The notes under the pieces are model-generated. The model was not told where the DNA came from. It did no database searches and worked only from the letters and a program-made list of their open reading frames with translations. The position numbers were made by a program, and so were the translations under genes. DNA of 64,000 nucleotides from Paraspadella gotoi (taxonomy: Eukaryota; Animalia; Chaetognatha), in NCBI GenBank assembly GCA_051294375.1, contig JBJCIZ010000239.1, forward strand, positions 4,593,834 to 4,657,833, written 5' to 3'. Of this stretch, positions 26,295 through 39,300 are shown piece by piece. Within the stretch, counting starts at the first letter, position 1. Every line of letters begins with the position of its first letter.

Positions 26295-26828
26295 GTTTTC
26301 TCGATGTAAAATATTATTTTTTCTTTTTCTTCCTTTTCTGTCAGATAAGATTTACTTTACTTGAGATTTCTGGCTGCATGATTTTGTTTTTTAGGGATAT
26401 TCTTTGCAGAAGAGTTTTTTTTACGTATTGCGTTTTGCTTGTATTTAATATTTTATAGATTGATTGGTGAGGAGATTAAACACCGTTTTTAGGGATTTAT
26501 AAATTGATTGATTAAAGTTGTTTGATTAGGCCACTAATTTATTTATCAATTGACAGATTGATTGATTGATCGAATGGTCGATTGAAAATGACTTTTTAAG
26601 CGATAAATTCATAGGATTACTTCAAAATTTCCTAGGATTACTTCAAAATTTTGATTTAATTGAATAAAAAATTCATTAATTGATTGATTGATAGATTCCC
26701 TGATTGATTTTGGTATTGATCGATCGGGTAATCGTTTGGATAATTGATTGATTGATTGATTGATGATGATTGATTGATCGATTGATTGATGTCTATCTTG
26801 TCCTAGCCCTTTAGACGAATCTCCCATC

Positions 26829-26895
<67 letters not shown>

Positions 26896-26917
26896 CCTCC
26901 CCCCTCCTCACCTCTTT

Positions 26918-27247
26918 TCACACTCTACACGTCTCCACGTTCCTTCCTTCCCTCGCCTCCTTCACGAGCCGCACGTGATAATCACTCCCCAGCATGGCGT
27001 GAGAGACGCAGCCGACGAATCCAGCGGCGAAGCGTCCGTGCGTCTGACGCGGAATGTCCGGCGCGCCGCCGAGGAAGAGGTCGTCGCCGGCGTCGAGGCG
27101 AACGTGCGGCGGCGGCGCCGTGGCGGTCAAGGTGGCGTAAGAGTCGACGGTGAGGGCGGCGGAGGAGAGACGACGCTTGGCGCGGACTTGGTGCCATCTG
27201 GTAGGTTTAGAGGGGGGTGAGTGTAGGGAGGGAAGGGGAGAGAGAGA

Positions 27248-27303
<56 letters not shown>

Positions 27304-30300
27304 TATTATCAAATTCTCGTATGTACATATCCTCACAATTTCTATCAAAAAAGGTTAAGCTTTTTAAATATTTAAATAATTAAAATTTATATTAGGGATC
27401 GAGAGACGTAGAAAAAAAAAACCAAAACAAAACAAAAAAAACAAAAACAAAACAAAACAAAACGACTCGCCTTCCATCGTTCAGTTTGGTGTCGTTGAAG
27501 AGGAGCCACACTTCCCCGGCGCCGAGATTGAAGCCGAAGAGAAGGTCTCCCTCCTCGATGCCGAGATAGACAAAGTCTCCGCCCTCCCAGGGGGAAGGAA
27601 GGTGACGGGGGGTTGGATAGAGGGAGTCGGGATGGATAGGGTAGGGGAGGGTAGAGTTTGTGGGCTTCGGGTTCTGTTGTGTTTTTTTGGGGTAGGGGGG
27701 AGGTGAAGTGGGGAGGGGGGGGGAAAGGTTTGGTTGGGTTTATCTTTGATTTCGTTTCAATGCTTATAATGTTTTAGCAGGTTTTTATTGTATTATCGAT
27801 AAAGTTGATTTTTTGAACAATGGTTAATTAAACATCTGGCTCAGGTTTAGTTTCAACTTGAAGCAATCTGGGATAAAACGTATTCTTTATTAGTCACAAT
27901 TTACCAAATTAATAAACGAATAAAATCCTTATAAAGATTCTAAAGCCCTAGTCAATGAAAATTGAACCACAATAATTTAGAAATTTTTATTTCATCATGA
28001 ATAAATCATTATTTCTACTATGTTTCGATTTTTTTTTCTGTTATACAAAGACCGAATAAATTCTCACCTATCATTTAAAACTATATTTATCAACTTTAAC
28101 CAAAAAATTTAAAAAATGTAATGAATATCGATTATCAATTTACTCAAAGTACTTAAACTGTATTTAAAGGAAAATTCTCACCGACCCTGCCCACAACAAC
28201 AGCCTCCCCCACGACTGCCCCACCACTACCCACCCGTCGCCTCTCCGGCCCTACCCACAACAACAGCCTCCCCCACGACTGCCCCACCACTACCCACCCG
28301 TCGCCTCTCCGGCCCTGCCCACAATAACAGCCCCTCGGACGCCTTCGTCCGGAATCGAAGGAAAAATTCGTTGACGTCGGAATTGAGATGAGAAGAGATT
28401 TTGGAGGAAGAGAAACGAAGGAAGGATCGACCGGCGAACGAGGGAGTGAAGTCTGTGGAGACCGCGTCGCGTTCACAACCGTTGCCCTGTGAATTTTTAG
28501 GCGGGGGGAGGGAGGGAGGGAGAAGGGAGGAAAGAGGATGAGGGCAGGGTGGGAGAGAGGGAAAGAGGGTGGGAGAGGGTAAGTGGGGAGAACAGGATTT
28601 TAATTACATTTCCAGTTGTTAAAAAAAAAATTAAAAAGGAAGAAAAAATTTGATTGGTCAATCAGAAGAAAAGACGGAAAAACCAACCATTTGGACTATC
28701 AGATACATCGACTGGTCCATTTCCTGCGATGATACCATTCAGCCATATATTAAATTTCTGCGTTTAGTTAAATATTTTTTATTGTCTCAAATTTACCGGA
28801 ACAGTCTCCTGATATTAAACTATAATCATTGAGGAAAGAACCCAATGAAAAGAAAGCGAAAACACAATCGTTAACGCATAAAATGTGAATATTTTTTGGT
28901 TTTTAAAAAAAGGTTAATTTTACCATTAGGGTTCAAGGATTATAGTTGAAGTGTTTTTGGACTTTGGATTAGAGGTAATGATTACTATCTAGGATTAGGC
29001 TTTATCATTTTGAAAAAAAGTAAAAGATTTGGTTAAAAGATTAGCATTAAATAAAAAATGAGATGCTTTTGGAAAATCACGTCTATTAGTAATAGAAAAA
29101 AAAATTAAAGCGCAGAAATAGGGTCACTTTCCGAAAATAGTGCCCTTTTCCCAAATCGTCCCCCTCCCCCCCACCTTCCCTCTCCCTGTCAACCCTTTCA
29201 CTCCTCTTCCAACCTGAAAGCCCAAATCGCAGTCGCAGCCGTAGTGATCCATGAAGGGCACGCAAAGGCCGCCGTTCTGGCACGGGCCGCGATCGCAAGG
29301 ATGACCACCGCACTCGGCGATGTTGCGACCAGCGACGGCGTCTGAGAGAAGGTCGATCTCGGCGCCGTTCACCTTTTGTTTGTTTTAAGGGGAGTGTTGG
29401 GGTTGTTAAAAAGATGCGAGGGTCGGCAGGACCCTTTACTTATACGTTGATCCATTTAATTAAATAATTTGATCGTTCGTTTCATTCATTTCTTGTATTT
29501 TGATGCTAGTGCGGAGTACGATATGAAATTCCCCGAACTAATACTTAAGGGAGTGGTCTTTTCATACAATTGAAACATTCTTTGACATATTATACCACTT
29601 CATTGATAGGGAAGCCAGGTACTCTTGGAGTGAATAAACGAGACTGTGAGAGAGTCTTGATTGAAAGCTTGCAGGGACCAGCTATGTCATTATCTTGTAA
29701 GAGTGATGGAAGCCTTAAACCACCAAAGCCTGTCCAAAGTCAGGGGCAAGATAGCTTATTTATTAAATTAATGGATAATTTTTATATTGGTTGTACCAAT
29801 TTAATTTTTTTATTTCTTATATCATTTACTTTTTAATTCATTTATTAACCTATTCATTCATTCATTCATTCATTCATTCATTCATTCATTCATTCATTCA
29901 TTCATTCATTCATTGGTTCATTCATTTATTTATTCATTCTATATATTCTACATAAATTTTCCTATATTTTCAAATCATTTCTTTTTTTTCGTTTAGTAAT
30001 TCATTCATTCATTAATTCAATCATTTATTCATACCTCCTCTCATTTCATTCCCTCCCATTCCCCATTCCCCAAAACCCCACCCCCTCCTTCCAAAAAAAC
30101 CCCCCCACCTTGACCCTCTGCACGCATCCACGAAAGTGTCGGTGACTCCCCGCCCACTTGGAGACCCTCCCCATGTCGTCGGCGCCGCCGAGAAAGAGCG
30201 GCTCGTGAAGAGTGAGTTGAGTGAAGGCGCCGGGCGAGACGCCGGTGACTTCGGCGCCGCGGTCCACCCGGAGGCGCCCCTCGCGACCGGCGCGGGTGGC

Positions 30301-30479
30301 GCGGATCTAGGGAGAAGGAGGTTTGGGGGGTGTGGAAAGGGGGGGGCAGAGGGGGGAAGGGAAGGGGGAGGGTGGGATGGGGAGACAGTAAGAAGGCGGC
30401 GATGGACTCTCTCTCACTGTATGAATTCAATCTCATTTTGATTGCATCAAAAGTTCCATCCTTTTAACAATCTCTCTCG

Positions 30480-30525
<46 letters not shown>

Positions 30526-31161
30526 CAATTAACGAATGTATGAAAAAGATAAATTCAAACGAATTCAAAATTAAGTCAATCGATAAATCCAATCAATCTT
30601 ACAATTCGATCCAATCCAATTTAATCAATTCTTTATAATTCAATCAATCCAATCAATTCAATTAAGTTCAATTCAATTCAATCCAATAAATCAATCAAAT
30701 CCCTCAAATTAATCAAGTCAATCAGATCATTCCAATTCATTACAATTCAATCAATCCAATACTATTAATAAATCCAAGAATCAATCAATCAATAATTGAA
30801 TCAATTAATCAATTCAATCCAAATCAAATCAAATCAAATCACACCCAATCAAGTCCAAATCCAAATCCAAATCCAATCCATAACCAAATCAAATCAAATA
30901 TAAATCCTATCAAATCTAAATCCCACTTCAAATCCCAAATCTCAAATCCAAATTCCTAAATCAAACTCACCCTATGCCACTCGTCCATGGCGATCGGTTC
31001 CGTCGATCTCAAGACTGAGACTCCGGTCCCGAGATCGAATCTCATCTCTACGAAAGAATCGACGATAGAGAGCGAGACGAAATCTCCGCGACGATCCGAC
31101 TTGTATCCGTTGTAGAGGACGAGGCCGTCGGGCGAGCCGGGCTTGATAGGTGAGGTTCGAT

Positions 31162-31241
<80 letters not shown>

Positions 31242-33328
31242 TTACGCTTTTTAGACTGTTAATTTTTTCGATAATCACGTGACTGCGCAATAGGCCGGAA
31301 CAGGTTGAAAACTAGAAGTTCTCTCAAATAAATAATGATAAAGTGACTGTTAGAGAATATGAAATATAAAAAGAATTTTAAAAAATTATCTTATTAATAA
31401 GCGCACGGAAGCATTTAAAGATTATTTTCTTACTATATATAGTTAAAAAAATTTTTGAATTTTTTGAATTTTTTTTAATGGATTCTGATAGAGCTTTAAA
31501 AGTTAGATAAAGGTTATTAATACAATTTTTTTAATTTTTTTTTGTTTTATTGATAAAAATTTAAAAAAATAATAAAATTCAGCCAATGATGATGATGATG
31601 ATGATTTTTTTTCCGTTTTTTCTGTTTTTAACCAATTTCTTGTCAAAATTTTAAAAAATTGTAGTACTAACTTTCATTTAACTTTTCAAGCTCTATAAGA
31701 ATCCGTTCTTAAAAACTAATTTTTGTAAAAAAATTTTTTATCATTTGTTATATATTAATAAATATTTAAAAGCTTCAGTGCAACAACTCAATGAACGAAT
31801 TCAAAAAGTTGCATGAAAATCGATTTAGTAATAGAAGGAAAAAGGAATTTTTTTGAGAGAATTAAAAGTTATAAAAAGTGTTCAATTTTGGCCCGCCTTA
31901 CTGCGCAAGTGTGAAACATATAAGATAATATAATGTGTTATGCCCAAAATTACATTTCCTTTTCATAATTTTATAATTTTATAATTTTATACTTTTCATG
32001 AAGAATCCAAATATGTGAAAAACTAAGGGGTTCAGTTCCGCTTGGGCCGCCCCTGAGGTCCGCCCGTTGGAGCTCCCCTTGCTCCACTCCAGGGGGTGAG
32101 TTTTTTTGGAGGATGCCGTACTGGTTATATTTATTCATTCAATAATATGGACATAAATCTTTTTTTTTTAATCTTGCATTGTGTCGTAATGTTAAAATAA
32201 AGCATCGTGAACCAATGTTCAGACTTGTTTTTGGAAATTCCAAACATCTTGTATGCTGATTTATCTATGCCTGTTCCATCGGCGACCAATCAGGATTCGG
32301 CGATTCCAAGCCTGCGGCGATCGCCCGAGTTTGACTTTCATTTGGATGTTCATTCAAAATGATGTTCATTTTATTCAAATATTCTCGCATGACGTCGCCC
32401 GGTTTTAACCTCGAAAACCTGTTGCGTTGTTCAGCTGAATTCAGTGTCTCTTTTCATTGAATCCCAAACTGGAGCTTCAAGGTGTACAATTTTTTCAATA
32501 AAAAAAAAACAAAACAAACACAAAGTACAAAACATAGTGAAATATTAATGAAATAATGCTTTATACATACGGATTTACATAAAATATAGATTTCTTGCGT
32601 GTCCTCATATGTGTTTATTGAGTACGTAATATTGGCAATTGACATTATTTTATGAGGATCACGCAAGTATGTAGTTATTTTAATCTATTTTTAGTTGACA
32701 CAATTTTCGTTCCTTGTCGTTTGAGCGGATTAAAATGTGCGAACAACTGGGAACGAGCGAAGGTAATTGAACAAAACAAACTTTATTACTTTACAGTAAG
32801 CCTCCTCTCTGATTGGTCAATCGGAAGAAAATACTAAGGGGTTATCTTAGGCAAAGATTTTTTCTTAAATAGGTAATAGACAATTTTTTGGTTTACCTAG
32901 TAGTTAACTGAATAATTAATTGAGGAAAAGATCTTTTAAAACTAAGACATAACTGATAAATTATGATCAATTTGCTAAGATTTTAAAGGGAAAGGTTATT
33001 CTTAATAATTTGAAGCCAAATGATATTAAATATTATATTAAATATTAAATATCTATTAAATATTAAATATTGTAGTCTAATTGTATTCTATTGTAGTCTA
33101 ACTAGTGTTGTATTTCGATTTCCAGAAGACAACACAACCTCCTCCTCCAAAATGAGTTATTAGATATATAGCAAATATATTTAAAAAAATATATATATAT
33201 ATAATTAAATAATATAGTTTAAATAGTAAAGCATTACCTTCACCTGTCCTCAATCTGACCACTGTCTTTTTCTCAACTTTGTTGGAACGTTTATCTCTTC
33301 TCTTCTCTCTCTCTCTCTCTTCTCAAAT

Positions 33329-33361
<33 letters not shown>

Positions 33362-36300
33362 GACTCAATGTTTAAGAGAAAAATTTTTTCTGATTATTCA
33401 AACGCAGATGAAGGCTTATACATAAAGCCGAAACATGTCCCTATGAAAAAAATAAAAATCGTTTATAAATAAACAAATAAACTTTGTTTTTCTTTAAGTT
33501 TAAATAGTAAAACATTCATAAAATATAAAAAATATAAGATATTGAATAAGTAATTTTGCAAATTTTTATATAAATTAAAAAAAGTAACAAAATGATATTT
33601 TTCGGTATTAATTTTTAAACAAAATTTTATCAAAATATAAAACTTTAATTGCTCAACATTGAAATTCAATTAGTTTTAGCCCAAATATTTTTAATGAAAC
33701 ATAAAATAATTTTATAAAAAAAGTAATAGCCTAAAAACTATATTTGGTGTTTGGTGAATGGGGTTGGAGTTTATTATATATTTGTTTTTAATTAAAATAA
33801 ACATTTTTCAGTATTGTCAGAAATGTTTCGTTTACGTAACCTATTTTATTTTACTAAGAATTTTGTCCCTCCTCCATATTTTTAGTTTCACGTAATTTGT
33901 TTAAATTGTAAAGGTTAGGTCTCTCTCTTATTTTCTTTCAATGTATTACATATAATGATATTTTTAGTTCAAAGATTTAAATGTAACAAAACAAAGTAGC
34001 GATGAGAGAGAGAGGCAAGAATTGTAAGTCACTTCATATTTTAGCTCCGTAAAGTTAAGACGTATTATCCAAATAGAATAAAATTAAAACACTCAACTCT
34101 CTACTAATTCAGGTAAATCCGATAACAACATAGTCAGATCGATCGAACATGAAATAGCTCTCTATTACATCTGAGGGTAAAGGGTCACGCTACCGACATG
34201 GTGGCCAGCGCTGCTTCTTACCTTCTTTGCGGCCTCTTTGGGTTTTCCTGCCATGGGGTTGGTAGTTTTTGTTGGGTTTGTAAGGTTCTGGGATTTTCTT
34301 TTCTTTTCCCCGGGGGCCGGGAGTGGGGGACAGGGCGTTGGCCGTCTCCTTTCTTTCGGGCAAATTAGGTGGGTTGGGTTGGACAGGGCGTTGGCCGTCT
34401 TTCACTTCTCACCGACAAGGTTTATATGTATAAATATGTACAAATAAAATGAGGGTGAGGTAGTTCTCTCATTCCTCGATGCTTATAATATTTTATTGTT
34501 TTATTTTATTGAAATAACGAAATTTATTAATATCAAATACTAAACTTAGCAAGTGTTAAGTGATAATGTTATAATGGAAGGATAAAAGAAAATCCAATAT
34601 GTAGATTTATTGATATCGGTCAAGTTGTTTCGTTATACTTATCCAATATGTGATTTGCTTTATTTTAGGCGATATACGGAATAGTCGATACGATATAATA
34701 ATTCGATTACGATTTAACACCTCAGGCGACTACGAAAATTAATTCCGAAATATGGAGAATGTTGAAATCCCGGAGGAGGAGGGCGCGAGTAATGCCATGC
34801 CCGAGCCTCCGTTGGAGGATGCACCACAAGAGGATCAATCACTGAATGACCAAGCACAGGCTGATCAGCCACAGGTTGACCAGGCGAATGCAGATCAGGG
34901 TCTGCTGCCTGAATTGTCAACCGATGGAAATTTCATGGATGAGGGCGGACAAGCACTAATGCAATTCTTCCTAGTCGGACCATATATGATGGCCGTCAAT
35001 GTGGGGAGCCCACTGATGGAAAAAGCGTTCGTGGTGGTGGTGGACGGCCCCGGGTCGTCTATCGCGGATCCAATACGACGGGAGCATGCGCACGCGGCTG
35101 GAATCTATAGTTGCGTGCCGATCCTTTTTGAACAAATTTCTGAAAGGGTTTATGGACGCCTTGGGCGGTCAGTTATGAGCAACCGCCACCTGAGTCGGGC
35201 TCGGATGATGATGAGATGCCCGAATTGGAGAATATTCAATCAAAAACTGCATCGGACGAGCCTGCCAATGGATCGGCGAGAATGGTTGGGGATTCGAGGG
35301 TCCGGCTGTGAGCTAAATGGGAGTGATCTGACCAGCCTGAGCAATCCCGCCCTGGTACTGGGGGTAACGATCCGAGCGACCCAGACGGAAATGGCGGTGA
35401 TGGAGGAGATGATGGAGAACCGACGGCTTGGGACGCGAGCGAAGAAGCGGAGTGGGTTACGCTGCAGCAGCGAACCCTTCACGAATTATCCAGCCGAATT
35501 GAGCCAGTGACCGCTTATGCGGCGCAAATGATGTTGGCCGTTTGGTGAGGACATCGGCAACTCGCTTTCTGATTTATAGGGAGATACACGTTTCTCCTCC
35601 AAGACGAGAGGATCTTTATGTTCGACTTACTGCGAAAAGTCGAGAAAGTATGGAGGTATACTATGAGCGATTTTTATGGAAGTGCCTCCATTCCGAAAAA
35701 TTAGTCCCTTCATGGACGGGTTTCCGAGTAGAATTTTTCAGATACAGACAAGACCGTGGTTCTGCTCGTGGAACGAGATAGTCATAACTCACAGACGTGG
35801 AGGAAGATGGACCTGGGACGATGAGGCCCTCCAGCGTTGTGAGAATACACCAAGGTACGCAGGGGAGCAGCTGCAGTTGCTCCCGCACATCCAGGAGGGT
35901 GTGCGTACACACGACCGATTTAGAAGACCTCTGAGGTACAGTAGGGTGACTTTGAGTCTACCTCAGCTGTTGGAATTCTGGGATGACAAAGTGCGTTCGC
36001 CTCTGGCTGGCGACTTGATCTCCGCCACGCCGGTACGTCCTCGTCACCTGTTGATTACGTCGATGAAACGGTCGCAATGCATCGAATTGTGGAAGATTCC
36101 GCATTATGTGGATCAAGTGGAGAGGTTTAAGAAGATGGTGCCTTTCCATCTGAGAAGGTTCATCTAAGGAAACCGATTTTCGATCGACAGGTGATACGAT
36201 GTTAATTCATGTGAGGCGAAACAACTTGACAGGATGTATTTCTAGTTTGTTTTATTTATATAGTTTTTTATAAAGATATATATATATTTTTTGGTATATA

Positions 36301-39300
36301 TATGTGTTCTATCATTTGTTAATGATCTTTGTTAGTGATCTTTGTTAATGATGAAAAAATAGAAGGAGAATTTTTTTAGATTTTTTTTTATTTGAAAATC
36401 ATATCCATAGGATATTTACTTTCCATATTGAGCTCGAATTTTTTAATATAAACAGCTAGGGAGGTATTGACTATTGAGTAATCCATATCATATTCTGCAA
36501 AGAATTCTAATGAGCTTTGACATTCTTAATAAGATACAAAACATTTTTGGGCGACTTGAGTCTTGTGTTCATTTTTATATCATCTTTGATCAAGGTTTTA
36601 ATCTCCAATCATATCAGGATACAACTGAATACATTACATTGCAAATCTTTTTAAATGTATGTATCCTTATTGTTATTACGAATTTCTTTATTATCTGTTA
36701 ATTTTTTATTTATCAATGAATAAATCTTCTTTAATAATTTTATTGGTTCTGGGTCTGGTAGTAGCCAAGTAGTTTACAAACTTAATGCTGATACTCATAT
36801 TTCATGCCATCTGCAAAAAGTATTTTTTGGGCTTAAAATATAGTAATAACAAATTGAAAATATAGTTGATAACAAAATTATAACAATAAAAGAAAATATA
36901 TTGTTTTTTTTATCTTTAAAAATAAATATAAGCAAAATATTTTGATTCAGAAATTGCCTATATTTTATTAAGAAAAATCATTTCTTTACCTAGGCAATTT
37001 CAGTAACACTTTGCTCAGTTAATCAGGCAAAATATTACCTAAGTTCACCCCTTAGAAAATACGGGAAAGCCAAGATGGGCAAACCATTTGGTCTATCAGA
37101 TCCATCTTACTGATCTATTTCCTGCGATGATATACTTTATGAATGTGTTAACTTCTCTCATTTATAATTTTTGCGAATCTGATAACTGAAGAGACAGTAA
37201 TGAAAAGTAATGGAAAGTGCATCGCCAGGTTGAGGCCTGTCGCCTGAAAGTGTTGCTGCTGTTGTTGCTGAAGAGACAGTAATTATTGATATGTGTTAGT
37301 TCAATATAAGCAGTCCCTGAGCTTCGGATCAGGCTGTAACACCGTGTTGCAGGCGGGTTAAGCGCCCCATCCCTCTTAACTGCTAGGCGGCCACCGGGCT
37401 AGAACCCCGGACCTTTTGGGTTGGGAGGCGAATTACTTGCCTCCGTCACCAATGGCCGCTGATGAACGGTTGGTGGATTTTAGTCCACCATATAACCAAA
37501 AAAAACCCCCCTCTCCTTCTCAGAACGCTCTCTCCGACTTTTCTCAAAATATCTGACGGTCCCATCCGATTGGGCAGCGGAAGCCGAAAAGGCCGTCCTC
37601 CGAGTCTACGAAGCCTTAAAGCGACATTCCGACGTGGAATTAGATCGATTCGAACTCGTGGGCGGATTGGCTAAAGGAACTTCGACGCGATTGGCTGCCG
37701 ACGTCGACGCCGTGGTTTATTACGACGCCTACGAAGTAGATAGAATCGGACGAAATCTGATCAAAAACTATCAAACCTTTCTTGCTGAAACAATGGAGGG
37801 ACATTCTCGTCATGTTCTTTATTTGCCGGAGGAAACCATTCGACAGAACAACTTTTTGCTCTCTTTCAAATACAAAGGTTTCGATATAATTTATAATATA
37901 ATATATATTATATCTTAATACAAATATAAGATGACTGAAGCGTCATGCTTAATTGCTTATGGATGGGATAACTTATGCAATGCCCGACACATACTGACAG
38001 ACCGAATTAGCAACGAAAAAGTGATTCATTGGGTTGCTCGCGATTACATGCGGCACAACTAAAAACGATTTAATACGCTTTTTCAAAAATTTTCCCAGGT
38101 TTCGACATCGATCTAGTCGCCTCGCGTAAAAAATCGCGCGAGGGGAAGGACAAAAATCGGGATCAGTGGAGAAAGGAATTCTTTTTAACGATGGAGTTTG
38201 GCTTCGAAGAAAACTGCCAAAAATCTTGTCTTCAGCCCTCAGAGCGTCGATTGGATGACCAAAAAAGCGATTTTTGCCGGGACCTCGCCAGGCTGGCCAA
38301 GTATTGGTCTCAACCATTTTTACACCCCAAAGATTGGCGGCCTGTCCTACATTTTCGAGTTGCTTGCCGTAAAAAGCAGCGATGAAAACCGAAGCAGAAT
38401 TTGGAGAACCACTGTACATATATGGATTTTTTGAAAATTTCTTCGATCTGTAATAGATCTAGAGAAAATGGTTGTCAAAGTTTAAAAGGCAGCTGTTTAC
38501 GATCCACAGTTTGGTACCCGATTCTGTCTTAGAAGAGGTTCCCTTGCTTTCTAAACCCCCCGTCAATCCTTTCAAAACATGTTGAAAATTTGGGAACCTC
38601 TGAGAGAAGAATTTTTTAATGTCTTTTCCACGGCAGCAGCCGAAACCCTCCAACGATTTAGAGATTATCCAAATTCTCGGCCAACGGATCTTCAACTTCT
38701 AATGAACCCTTTCCTTTGTACTGTTTTTCTCCCCCAGCCAATTCCGTTTCATAGTTTATCCCTTCCGTGTTGCCAAATTTCCAACTTGGACATCCGGCAT
38801 CATTTCTCTGAAACGGCAGCCATAACTCTTTACCAAGCCATTTACGACATCGAAAGGGATAAGTTTGTCCTGCCCAACATGACCATCTTTGTCCACAAAC
38901 GAGTCGCCGAAGAGGCTGAGTCAACGAGTCCAGAAAATCCAATGGCCAAACGTCTGGCGATCAACATTTCTGCGGCCTTTGTGGTCAAGGCTTTCCATGA
39001 AACAAATTTTGATAGCAATTGTACTGAGAGCGATTGTGAGGGGAAAACTGTTGCCGAAGATGAGCACTCACCAACCAGCCTGAGTAAGAAAATTCAGGAA
39101 GTTAAAAAAAAACATGGGGATATCGTCCAGCGACTATTCATCTTAGAGAATGAATTGAAAGAATTTTGCGTTTGGTGGATTAAAGCGAAAGCCGAATCCC
39201 GAAAAGAAGGTGATCATATATTATACATTCCTTTTGAACTTGATTACTCCATGATTGTTCGTTTCGATTTAGGGAAAAAACTAGAGACAAAACGAAAATG

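Noticed and set aside
34752-36167. Fanzor/TnpB nuclease or DDE transposase as the identity of the cargo ORF
   Set aside because: No RuvC D-E-D motifs, CxxC zinc-finger pairs or hAT/P catalytic motifs recognisable by eye; a profile search is still needed.
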